Shown here in pieces: positions 9,198 to 18,233 of a stretch of 64,000 nt of DNA. Source of the DNA: Rhodoglobus sp. (GTDB lineage Bacteria; Actinomycetota; Actinomycetes; Actinomycetales; Microbacteriaceae). The DNA lies in NCBI GenBank assembly GCA_046155245.1, contig JBJXDR010000113.1, forward strand, positions 4,878 to 68,877. Reading direction: 5' to 3'. Position 1 is the first letter of the stretch, and each line of letters begins with the position of its first letter. A model generated the notes under the pieces. It did not search any database. It saw only the letters and a list, made by a program, of their open reading frames with translations, and was not told the DNA's origin. Position numbers and translations under genes: made by a program.

Positions 9198-9557
9198 CTA
9201 GATCGGCCAGTCTTTGTGCAGCTCCGAGCCGATACCAAGGGAACTCAGGTCCGCGGTGACGGCATGCCACAAGTCACTGAAGATCTGGTCGGCGTCGCCC
9301 GTCCAGTCGTTTGGAATCGGGGTCGGCGAATCGACGGTGTACGAGACGACGTATCCCGGAGCCGAGGAGTCGTCCCAAGACAGCGAGACGTTGAGCCTCG
9401 CGTTCTCCAGCTTCACGTCGTCATCACCGTCGCCGAATCTGTCGGCGACGTACTCATAGTCGTATGAGAACTGGTACGAGTCCTCCTGCTTCATCGAACG
9501 CAGGTACTCGTCTTCATCCTCGAACTCTTCGCCGGTCGAGTGGTTCACGAACGACAC
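9198..9557 (-). CDS. Small, highly acidic hypothetical protein
   Basis: GTG start with GAGAGG upstream; 119 aa, about 27 Asp/Glu versus 6 Lys/Arg by hand count. Confidence 0.65.
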   Translation of the reverse strand: MSFVNHSTGEEFEDEDEYLRSMKQEDSYQFSYDYEYVADRFGDGDDDVKLENARLNVSLSWDDSSAPGYVVSYTVDSPTPIPNDWTGDADQIFSDLWHAVTADLSSLGIGSELHKDWPI

Positions 9558-9702
9558 TGGACGACCTACCTCTCGCATTCTCTGCCCAGGCGACGCTCGC
9601 CTCTCAGCACTGTCATCACAGTAGCCGGGCGCGCGGACGGTCGAGCCTGCGCACCTATCGGGTAGCAATCCTCTCTCGGCAGGAGAAGTTAGGAGCATCC
9701 CG

Positions 9703-10143
9703 ATGCGAACCAAAGAATCCCTGTGGGGCTTCTTCGCCAGCGACCCGCAGTTGTCCTTCAACGAGGACGGTGAGGCGCGGCTGTTCGCCTGGATCGGTCA
9801 GGAGCAGTTCGAGCGCAACCCGGACGGCTCGTTCACCCAAGGCGAGACGAAGTTCTACCCGTTCAAGATGTTTCGGCGCAGCGCGGAGCACGCCTACGAG
9901 AAGTTCGCGCGCGGCGAAAACTTCGTCGCCAGCGGCCACGTCCAGATGTTCAGCTACGAGAAGAACGGCGAGACGGTCAGCGGCGAGGAGTTCATCGCCA
10001 CGCACATCGGCCCCGACGCCGCCCGCACGAGCTACGCCGTCGACCGTGGCCGCTCGCGGTCGCAGCAGGTCGAGAGCACGACCATCGAAGCGCCCGACCC
10101 GACCCTCCCGCAGCAGCCGTCGCCCCGTCCGATGACGCTGTGA
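9703..10143 (+). CDS. ssb: Single-stranded DNA-binding protein (ICE type)
   Basis: GFFASDPQLSF...GEARLF OB-fold-like start typical of actinobacterial ICE SSBs; AGGAG RBS. Confidence 0.75.
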   Translation: MRTKESLWGFFASDPQLSFNEDGEARLFAWIGQEQFERNPDGSFTQGETKFYPFKMFRRSAEHAYEKFARGENFVASGHVQMFSYEKNGETVSGEEFIATHIGPDAARTSYAVDRGRSRSQQVESTTIEAPDPTLPQQPSPRPMTL

Positions 10144-10152
10144 GGCCGCGTC

Positions 10153-10767
10153 ATGACCACCGAGACGACGCTGTTCCCGCCAGACGATCCCGACTTCGAC
10201 GTGCCCCCGCCCGAAGAGCCGGAGCCGGAGCCGGTGACCCCTTCGCCGAGGCCGGCCAAGGAGGCGGACCCCGAGACGGAGGACACGCCCGAGCCGCCGC
10301 GCCCGGTGAACTGGAACATCCTGACCGCGGCCGAGGCGCAGGTGGAGTGGCTGGAGCTGAACGCCTTCGTGAACTGGCTGCGCCACGAGTTCGGGCTGAG
10401 CGTGAACGTCGTGCCACCGTATTGGCACCGGCACCCGGAGCTGGTGTGGCCGCTGTCGGCGCTGCGCCAGCACTACCTGAATGCCTACGACAAGAAGCAG
10501 CACGGCTCGGCACCGTTCGGCTGGTGGCGAGATTTCTGGGCCTTCATGCCGCAGCTTCGGGACGCGGTGACCGCGTGCGGCACGAAGCTCAACACGGATC
10601 GCCCGACGCGGCAGGCGGTGTGGCCGGGCGAGGACGAGCACCCCGCTCCCGTGGAGACGGTGATCCCCAACCGGGACGCCGACTTCACGCAGTTCGTCAA
10701 GGAGGACGTGGCGCGCAGGCAGGCGATCGAGGACGAGTTCTACGCCCACCTCGCGGCGGAGCAGTAG
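10153..10767 (+). CDS. DUF4913-like hypothetical protein
   Basis: WLELNAFVNWL...PPYWHRHPELVWPLSAL Trp-rich motif. Confidence 0.6.
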   Translation: MTTETTLFPPDDPDFDVPPPEEPEPEPVTPSPRPAKEADPETEDTPEPPRPVNWNILTAAEAQVEWLELNAFVNWLRHEFGLSVNVVPPYWHRHPELVWPLSALRQHYLNAYDKKQHGSAPFGWWRDFWAFMPQLRDAVTACGTKLNTDRPTRQAVWPGEDEHPAPVETVIPNRDADFTQFVKEDVARRQAIEDEFYAHLAAEQ

Positions 10768-10787
10768 GGCGCGGGCGGTGACGGCGA

Positions 10788-13700
10788 ATGGCGCGGCAGC
10801 GATCCCGGAAGCCCTGGCCGGGGCAACTGGAGTTCGATCTGTGGGGGCTCGACGAGCCTGCGGCCGACGCCGCGCTCACCACCGCTCTGGAGGCTGGGGC
10901 AGGTGATGAACAAGTACGGGCAGATGGCGCTGTCGCATTGGCAGGCGACGGCCCTGAGCCGGGTGGCGGAACTGAACGATCCCGCGGCGTTCTTCGAGGC
11001 GATGGGCCTGGAGATGCAGGCGCAGGTGACGAACCTCGCGTCAATGCTGGCGGGGGGCGACCGGCAGGGGGAGACTTTCTTGCAGAAGGTCGCCCGGCTG
11101 ACAGCGGCCCGGAGGCAGGCGGAGGAGGTCGTGATGTCGCAACTGGCGTGGATCACCGACCCGAGCCTGCCGCTGGATCAGGCGCGGGAGGAATGGGAGC
11201 AGACCCGACCCTCCGACGAGAACCTGATCCTCTGGGCGGAGCGGATGCAGGACTGCCCGGATTCGATGCCCTCCTCCGTGGAGCTGGAGGAACTGGCGAA
11301 GAAGTGGGCGCTCAGCGTCGAGTTCCTGCTGGAGCTCGTGGCGACGGAGCCCCCGCGGGAGTACATGCGGGCGAATCAGGCGGCGCTCGCCGAGGCGGCG
11401 ACGATCCGCTTCTTCCGCGAGCTGCGGTAGCACCCCGGTTCGTTCCCGCCTCCCAGGACGACCTCGGGCCGTCGGGCGCAAAGGCCCGCTATCGGGCGAA
11501 CGTGGAGGCCATCCAGCTCATCCACGATCTGAACTCCACGGGTCGCCCCGCGTCCCGGGACGGACAACGGGTGCTCGCCCGCTGGTCGAGCTGGGGCGCG
11601 ATCCCCGAGGTGTTCGATGACCTGAAACCCGAGTGGGACGCCGAGCGCGCCGAGCTGCGCGAGTTGCTGGGCGATGACGAGTGGGAGGCTGCGGAGCGGA
11701 CGACCATCAGCGCGCACTACACCGACCCGATGATCGCCCGGCAGGTGTGGCGGCTGCTGGACGGGCTGGGGTTCCGCGGCGGTGCGGTCCTCGAGCCCGG
11801 CTCCGGGTCGGGTACGTTCATCGGCCTCGCGCCTGAGTCGGCCCAGATGACCGGGGTGGAACTCGACCCGCTGACAGCGGCGATCTGCGCCGAGCTGTAT
11901 CCGCACGCGACCGTCCGTGCCGAGTCCTTCGCCGACACGCGACTGCCCGAAGGACACTTCGACGCTGCCATCGGCAACGTGCCGTTCAGCAGCGTCACCC
12001 TGCACGATCCGCTGCACAACGCGACCCGGCAGTCGATGCACAACCACTTCATCATCAAGTCGCTACGCCTGACCCGGCCGGGCGGCCTCGTCGCGCTGCT
12101 GACCTCGCACTACACGATGGACGCGCAGAACCCCGGGGCGCGGCGGGAGATGAACGAGCTGGCTGACCTCGTGGGCGCGATCCGCCTGCCCACCGGGGCG
12201 CACCGCCGCGCCGCTGGGACGGAGGTCGTGACCGACCTGCTCGTGTTCCGGCGCCGGCTGCCCGGCGAGCAGATGCGCGACGACGCCTGGGAGACGGTTG
12301 CGCAGGTTCCCATCGACGGCGTGCCGATGCGGATCAACCGCTACTTCGATGAGCACCCGGAGCAGATGCTCGGGGAGGTCGGCGTCGGGCACGGGATGTA
12401 CGACGCGAGCACGCTCACCATCACGACCGATCTGACCGACCTCGAGGCGGAACTCGCGGTCGCCGTCGACCAGCTCGTGTTCTCCGCGCGCCGGGCCGGT
12501 CTGACGATCACGGAGCGCACCGCCGAGCAGCAGGCGCGCCGCGCGGCGTTCACCCCGTCGGCGCCGGAGCTGTGGGACGGCAGCATCGTCGCGGGCGAAA
12601 GCGGCGGGTTCCGCACCGTGGTCTCGGGCTCGCTGGAGCCGCTCGCGGTGCCGAAGTCCGCCGAGCGCGAGCTGCGGGCCCTGCTGCGCCTGCGCGACGG
12701 GGCATCCCGCCTGCTGACCGCGGAGGCAGCGAGCGTGGACGACACGCCTGACATCGTGCTCACCCGCACGACGCTACGTCGCGACTACCTGAAGTACGTC
12801 GGCACCTACGGGGCGCTGAACCGCTACACGCTGCGCCCCACCGGGCGGACGAACGAGGATGGCGAGGAGACCTTCGCCCGCATCGTGCCGACCGCGATCC
12901 GCCTGCTGCGCTCCGATCCGTTCGGTCCCCTGGTGCTCGCACTCGAACAGTTCGATGACGAGGATCAGTCCGCATCGCCCGCTGCAATCATGAGCCACCG
13001 CGTGGTGGTGCCGCGAGCCGAAGTACAAGGCGTAGACAGCCCCGCCGATGCCATCGCCGTCAGCCTCGACCGAACCGGCGGGATCGACCTCCCCCTCATC
13101 GCCGACCTGCTCGGCATGAGCGACCACGACGCCCGCGAGGCGCTGGGAAACCTCGTGTTCGCCGACCCGACGACCGACCAGCTCATCCACGCCCCCGAGT
13201 ACCTATCCGGCGATGTGCGGGTCAAGCTCGAAGCCGCCCGCCTGCGCGCGGAGCAAGACCCGGAGTTCCAGCTCAACGTGGACGCGCTGGCCGAGGCACT
13301 GCCCGCGCCACTCGGCATCCAGGACATCCACGCGAAGCTCGGTGCGGTATGGATCAGCGCCGACGTGCACGAACGGTTCCTGCGGAGCATCCTGCGCGCC
13401 GAAGACGTGCGCGTCGAGAACCCGCTGCCGGGCATGTGGGAGATCCGCGGCGGACGGCAGGGCCTGCCCTCCACCTCGGAGTGGGGCACACCGCGCCGCC
13501 CCGCGCCGGACATCGCCCAGGCCGTCATGGAGCAGCGGACGATGCTCGTCTACGACGAGGAGAAGGACATCGACGGCAAGGTGCGCCGCGTGCTCAACCC
13601 CGTCGAAACCGCCGCCGCGCAGGAGAAGGCCGACGCCCTCCAGGAACGGTTCAGCGATTGGGTGTGGGAAGACCCGGCTCGCGCACAGGCGCTCGTAGAC

Positions 13701-16439
13701 GAGTACAACCGGCGCTTCAACTCCATCGTGCTCCGCGACTACACCGACGCGGGGGCGTACCTGTCGCTGCCCGGCCTGGCGTCGAACTTCGAGCCGCGCA
13801 CGCACCAGCGCGCCGCCGTCGCGCGCATGGTGTCCGAGCCCGCCGCGGGCCTGTTCCACGAGGTCGGCGCGGGCAAGACCGCGGAAATGATCATGGGCGC
13901 GATGGAGATGCGCCGGATGGGGCTCATCAGCAAGCCCGTCGTGGTCGTGCCGAACCACATGCTGGAGCAGTTCGGACGCGAGTGGCTCCAGATCTACCCG
14001 CGCGCCCGCGTGCTCGCCGCATCCAGCCTCGACCTCACGGCAGACAAGCGGCGGCTGTTCGTCGCCCGCGCTGCCGCGAACGAGTGGGATGCGATCATCG
14101 TCACGCAGGGTGCGTTCGCCAAGGTCCCCCTGCGCGCATCGACCCAAGAGCAATACATCCGCGGGCAAGTGGAGGACGTGCGGCGAGTGCTGGGCGAGGC
14201 GACCGGCGAGCAGCGGATGAGCGTCAAGCGCATTCAGCGCAAGCTCCTGGCGATGGAGAACAAGCTCAAGGAGCGCACCGATACCGACCGCGACCGCGGC
14301 GTCTGCTTCGAGGACACCGGCATCGACTACGTCATCGTCGACGAGATGCACATGTACAAGAACCTCGCCACGGAGTCGAACATCCGCGATGCCGCCATCG
14401 AGGGCTCGGATCGCGCGAGCGACCTGCACATGAAGCTCGAATACCTCCGCTCGGCGGGGCGCGAGCGGGTCGTGACCGCGGCGACCGCGACACCCATCTC
14501 GAACTCGATCACCGAGACCTACGTCATGCAGCGATACCTGCGGCCCGACGTGCTGGAGTCGGCGGGGGTCGGCGCGTTCGATGCGTGGGCGGCGACGTTC
14601 GGCGAGCTGGTCACGCAGATGGAGATCTCGCCGACGGGCAGCACGTTCCGCATGAAGACCCGCTTCGCCCGATTCCAGAACGGGCAGGAGCTGCTGCGAA
14701 TGTGGTCGGTGTTCGCCGACGTTAAGACCGCCGACGACCTCGACCTGCCCGTGCCCGCGCTCGTGCAGCGCGACGACGGCAGCCGCGCGCCCTCCACCGT
14801 GCCGGTGCAGCCGACCGTCGAACTGGAGCAGTACGTCGCTTCCCTCGCCGAGCGCGCCGAGAAGGTCGCCACCCGCCAGGTACGGCCCGACGAGGACAAC
14901 ATGCTCCTGATCGCCACCGACGGACGCAAGGCCGCGCTCGACATCCGCATGGTCATCCCCCACGACCCGTCCGGCCCGAGCAAGGTCGACGTCGCCGCCG
15001 ACGCGATCCACCGCATCTGGGAGCGCACCCGCGACAACGAATACCTCGACACGCTGACCGGGCAGCCCTCCACGGTGCGCGGGTCGCTCCAGCTCGTGTT
15101 CTCCGATATCGGCACCCCGAACCAGGACAGGTGGAACGCCTACGACGAGCTGCGGCAGCAGCTCGTGCAGCGCGGCGTCCCCGCCGAGCAGGTCAGGTAC
15201 ATGCATCAGGCGAAGACCGACGTGGAGAAGGCCCGCCTATTCGCCGCGGCCCGCGCCGGCCACGTCGCCGTGCTCCTCGGATCGACGGAGAAGATGGGCG
15301 TCGGCACCAACGTCCAGGCCCGCGCCATCGCACTGCACCACCTGGACTGCCCGTGGCGGCCCTCCGACATCGCCCAGCGCGACGGGCGCATCCTGCGGCA
15401 GGGCAACCAGAACGAGGAAGTGGCGATCGTCCGCTACGTCACCGAGCGATCCTTCGACTCCTACATGTGGCAGACCGTCGAGCGGAAAGCCGCGTCGTTC
15501 GCGCAGCTCCTGCGCGGCAAGATCAACGCCCGCGAGATCGAGGAGATCGACACCTCCGCACTGTCCGCAGCCGAGGCCAAGGCAATCGCCTCCGGCAACC
15601 CGCTCCTGCTGGAGCACTCCGTCATCCTCAACGAGGTGAACCGGCTGCGACGCCTCCAGCGCGCGCACGAACGCAACGAGGACATGCTCGTCCACACCGG
15701 CAATCGCGCCCGGTCAGCCGCCGAGCGCGCCGCCGCGGACATTCGCGGGCTGGAAGCCGCAGCCCCACGGATGATCGACACGAGCGGCGACAGGTTCCGC
15801 ATCACGCTCGGCACGCGCGACTACGACTCCCGCTCCGAAGCCGCGCACGCCCTCGCCGCGTGGATGGGCGACTCCGGGCTGAAGTGGCAGCCGCGGTACG
15901 GGCACAAGGATTTCGGGATCATCGGCCGCATCTCCGGCTTCGACGTCCACGTCGAGGCCCGCTCCGGGCTCGCCGCACTCGATGTGACCGTCTCCCTGCC
16001 CGAGGTGCCCCGCTCGGGCTTCACCATGCCGAAGGAGTCGTTCCTGGACGCCGGGCTCGGGCTCGTGCAGCGCATCGAGAACCGTGTCAGCGGCATCCCC
16101 TCCCTCCTCGACCAGGCCCGCGAAGACCTGAGAGAAGCCGAGCAGACCGTCGCCGACACCCAGCAGCGCCTGGGCCAACCGTTCCGCCACGCTCAGGCCC
16201 TCGCCGACGCCGAGGAAGACCTCGCTCGCGTCGAGTCCCAGCTCGCCGCGATGCACGACGAACCCGCACCCGAGCCCGCCGCGCCAGAGTCTGAGCGCGT
16301 CGAGCTGACCATCGAAGCAGTGCGCTCCTACGAGCCGAACCTGGGATCACGAGAGGGCACGGACGTTCCCGCTGCGGGAGACTGGAACAGTACCGCTGCC
16401 CACAGCCCCGAGAGGGAACCGCCGGGACTGCGACTGTGA
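10788..16439 (+). CDS. DarB-like giant N6-adenine methyltransferase / SNF2-type SF2 helicase fusion
   Basis: MTase motif I VLEPGSGSG and motif IV GNVPF; helicase HEVGAGKT, IVDEMH, TATPISNS, KMGVGTNVQ, QRDGRILRQGN. Confidence 0.9.
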   Translation: MARQRSRKPWPGQLEFDLWGLDEPAADAALTTALEAGAGDEQVRADGAVALAGDGPEPGGGTERSRGVLRGDGPGDAGAGDEPRVNAGGGRPAGGDFLAEGRPADSGPEAGGGGRDVATGVDHRPEPAAGSGAGGMGADPTLRREPDPLGGADAGLPGFDALLRGAGGTGEEVGAQRRVPAGARGDGAPAGVHAGESGGARRGGDDPLLPRAAVAPRFVPASQDDLGPSGAKARYRANVEAIQLIHDLNSTGRPASRDGQRVLARWSSWGAIPEVFDDLKPEWDAERAELRELLGDDEWEAAERTTISAHYTDPMIARQVWRLLDGLGFRGGAVLEPGSGSGTFIGLAPESAQMTGVELDPLTAAICAELYPHATVRAESFADTRLPEGHFDAAIGNVPFSSVTLHDPLHNATRQSMHNHFIIKSLRLTRPGGLVALLTSHYTMDAQNPGARREMNELADLVGAIRLPTGAHRRAAGTEVVTDLLVFRRRLPGEQMRDDAWETVAQVPIDGVPMRINRYFDEHPEQMLGEVGVGHGMYDASTLTITTDLTDLEAELAVAVDQLVFSARRAGLTITERTAEQQARRAAFTPSAPELWDGSIVAGESGGFRTVVSGSLEPLAVPKSAERELRALLRLRDGASRLLTAEAASVDDTPDIVLTRTTLRRDYLKYVGTYGALNRYTLRPTGRTNEDGEETFARIVPTAIRLLRSDPFGPLVLALEQFDDEDQSASPAAIMSHRVVVPRAEVQGVDSPADAIAVSLDRTGGIDLPLIADLLGMSDHDAREALGNLVFADPTTDQLIHAPEYLSGDVRVKLEAARLRAEQDPEFQLNVDALAEALPAPLGIQDIHAKLGAVWISADVHERFLRSILRAEDVRVENPLPGMWEIRGGRQGLPSTSEWGTPRRPAPDIAQAVMEQRTMLVYDEEKDIDGKVRRVLNPVETAAAQEKADALQERFSDWVWEDPARAQALVDEYNRRFNSIVLRDYTDAGAYLSLPGLASNFEPRTHQRAAVARMVSEPAAGLFHEVGAGKTAEMIMGAMEMRRMGLISKPVVVVPNHMLEQFGREWLQIYPRARVLAASSLDLTADKRRLFVARAAANEWDAIIVTQGAFAKVPLRASTQEQYIRGQVEDVRRVLGEATGEQRMSVKRIQRKLLAMENKLKERTDTDRDRGVCFEDTGIDYVIVDEMHMYKNLATESNIRDAAIEGSDRASDLHMKLEYLRSAGRERVVTAATATPISNSITETYVMQRYLRPDVLESAGVGAFDAWAATFGELVTQMEISPTGSTFRMKTRFARFQNGQELLRMWSVFADVKTADDLDLPVPALVQRDDGSRAPSTVPVQPTVELEQYVASLAERAEKVATRQVRPDEDNMLLIATDGRKAALDIRMVIPHDPSGPSKVDVAADAIHRIWERTRDNEYLDTLTGQPSTVRGSLQLVFSDIGTPNQDRWNAYDELRQQLVQRGVPAEQVRYMHQAKTDVEKARLFAAARAGHVAVLLGSTEKMGVGTNVQARAIALHHLDCPWRPSDIAQRDGRILRQGNQNEEVAIVRYVTERSFDSYMWQTVERKAASFAQLLRGKINAREIEEIDTSALSAAEAKAIASGNPLLLEHSVILNEVNRLRRLQRAHERNEDMLVHTGNRARSAAERAAADIRGLEAAAPRMIDTSGDRFRITLGTRDYDSRSEAAHALAAWMGDSGLKWQPRYGHKDFGIIGRISGFDVHVEARSGLAALDVTVSLPEVPRSGFTMPKESFLDAGLGLVQRIENRVSGIPSLLDQAREDLREAEQTVADTQQRLGQPFRHAQALADAEEDLARVESQLAAMHDEPAPEPAAPESERVELTIEAVRSYEPNLGSREGTDVPAAGDWNSTAAHSPEREPPGLRL
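10906..11430 (+). CDS. TnpV-like protein nested out of frame within the helicase gene
   Basis: MNKYGQMA...RLTAARRQAEEVV resembles TnpV; strong GC3 bias in this frame; GCAGGTG upstream. Confidence 0.7.
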   Translation: MNKYGQMALSHWQATALSRVAELNDPAAFFEAMGLEMQAQVTNLASMLAGGDRQGETFLQKVARLTAARRQAEEVVMSQLAWITDPSLPLDQAREEWEQTRPSDENLILWAERMQDCPDSMPSSVELEELAKKWALSVEFLLELVATEPPREYMRANQAALAEAATIRFFRELR

Positions 16440-16521
16440 AACGCTTAGTGCAGGTTCTCGTTCTGGCTTGTAGACTAGACAACCGCAGGTTCTCGTATCC
16501 CGTTGCTGAAAGGAGTGTGTG

Positions 16522-17226
16522 ATGTCGATCTTGCTCGCGCCCCGCCGAAACCGCCAGGGCGCTGCCGCAGCCCGGCGCGCCGTGCTCGCGTCGCGGGGGC
16601 GCTTCTGGGAGCCGGGCGATTTCTCGCTCACTCCGTCGACCGCGCATCATCTGCTCGGCGAGCTGGAGGCTCGCGGCGAGCTGCGGCGCGTGCGACGCGG
16701 CCTGTACTGGCGCGGCACGAAGACGCCGCTGGGCATGGCCCCGCCCCCGACCGAGCGACTGATCGATGCGCTCGCCCCCGGCCCCGGCGTCGGTCCTGCG
16801 GGCCTGTCCGCGGCGAACCTGCTGCGCCTGTCGACGCAGATCCCGCGCCGCGCACTGGTGGCCGTTCCCGAGCGGGCTCCGTCGGATGCTGGGCCGGTCT
16901 CGTTCGTGTCCCGCGCGACGCGCACCGGACGGGCGAAGGCTGGGCTGAACGCCACCGAGGTCGCCGCGCTCGAAGTCCTCGACGACTGGAACGCCGTGCT
17001 GGAGGTCACCCCGGACAAGGCCGCAAGGCGGCTGACCGACCTGCTGCGCAGCGGCGGCCTCCGCGCCGAGCGGCTCACCCAGGCTGCGGCCACCGAGCCG
17101 GGCCGCACTCGTGCGCGCCTCGCCGCGCTGCTCGCTGCGGCCGGGCGGGACGACCTCGCGGCACGGATTACGTCACCGGACCCCCGCACGCGCCAAGCGG
17201 CGCTCGCCACCTTGGCAGCGGCATGA
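16522..17226 (+). CDS. Type IV TA antitoxin (AbiEi/DUF6088-like wHTH)
   Basis: L.RGELRRVRRGLYW motif; AGGAG RBS; ATGA coupling to nucleotidyltransferase. Confidence 0.8.
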   Translation: MSILLAPRRNRQGAAAARRAVLASRGRFWEPGDFSLTPSTAHHLLGELEARGELRRVRRGLYWRGTKTPLGMAPPPTERLIDALAPGPGVGPAGLSAANLLRLSTQIPRRALVAVPERAPSDAGPVSFVSRATRTGRAKAGLNATEVAALEVLDDWNAVLEVTPDKAARRLTDLLRSGGLRAERLTQAAATEPGRTRARLAALLAAAGRDDLAARITSPDPRTRQAALATLAAA

Positions 17227-18212
17227 CCGATTCGACGCTGTGGCGGGACGACGATCCCGAGGTGCTCCGCGGCACGTTCCTCGCCGCCGCGGAACGCCTC
17301 GGCGTGCAGCCGCTCGCAGTCGAGAAGGACTACTGGGTCTGCGAGGCGCTGCGCGCGATGACGACCGCCCATCCGGGCGAGGTTGTCTTCAAGGGCGGCA
17401 CGAGCCTGGAGAAGCTGCGGATCATCCGGCGCTTCTCCGAAGACCTCGACCTGCTCGTCATCGGCCAGTACCCGTCGAAGAACGCCGAGCAGCGCGCGCT
17501 GCGAACCCTGCTCACCACCGCGGCGGAGGCGACCGGCGCGGAACCGACCGGGGTGACAGCGGGCGGCAGCTCCGGCTCGTTCCACCGATCCGGTTACCTC
17601 AGCCCGCCGCTGGAGCACCGCGGCGAGCCCGGCGTGATTGCCGACCCCGCGGCGATCCTCGTGGAACTCGGCCAGTCCGGTGGGCCGAACCCGCACGCCC
17701 CGCACCCGGTCACCTCGCTCCTGGCACGCGAGCTGGCCGACTCGGGCTTCGACACGAGCGCGTGGGATGACCTGGCCTCCTTCGACGTGCCGATCCTGCA
17801 TCCGGGACGCACGCTGCTGGAGAAGCTGCTGCGAGTGAACAACTTCGCCGCCGACCCCGAAGCCGCAGCCTCACCGCACGGCTGGCCGCGCATCGGCCGA
17901 CAGCTCTACGACATCTCCGCACTGCTCCGCGATCCCTCCGTGCGCGAGTTGCTGGCAGACAAGTCACTCGTCGCCGACATCCTCACCAGCGCCCGCGAGG
18001 TCTCCGCGGCGTTCGGCAAGCCCGACCTTCCCACGCCCGCCGGCGGCTTCGCCGCATCACCGGCATTCGACGCGGCATCCCCTTTCGCAGACCGCCTCCG
18101 AGCCGAGCACGACGCAGCCATGCGCGACCTCTACTACGGCACCGACGCACCGCCGAGCTTCGGCGACATACTGGCTCAGGTTCGGGCAGACGCGGCGCTC
18201 CTCGAACCCTGA
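17223..18212 (+). CDS. Nucleotidyltransferase toxin, AbiEii/AbiGii family
   Basis: VEKDYW, VFKGGTSL, RFSEDLD, RTLLEKL, RQLYD motifs. Confidence 0.92.
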   Translation: MTDSTLWRDDDPEVLRGTFLAAAERLGVQPLAVEKDYWVCEALRAMTTAHPGEVVFKGGTSLEKLRIIRRFSEDLDLLVIGQYPSKNAEQRALRTLLTTAAEATGAEPTGVTAGGSSGSFHRSGYLSPPLEHRGEPGVIADPAAILVELGQSGGPNPHAPHPVTSLLARELADSGFDTSAWDDLASFDVPILHPGRTLLEKLLRVNNFAADPEAAASPHGWPRIGRQLYDISALLRDPSVRELLADKSLVADILTSAREVSAAFGKPDLPTPAGGFAASPAFDAASPFADRLRAEHDAAMRDLYYGTDAPPSFGDILAQVRADAALLEP

Positions 18213-18233
18213 GCCAGTTGCCCTCCGTGGTGT

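Noticed and set aside
11380-11430. Programmed -1 frameshift joining the TnpV-like ORF to the helicase
   Set aside because: No X XXY YYZ slippery heptamer seen; not excluded experimentally
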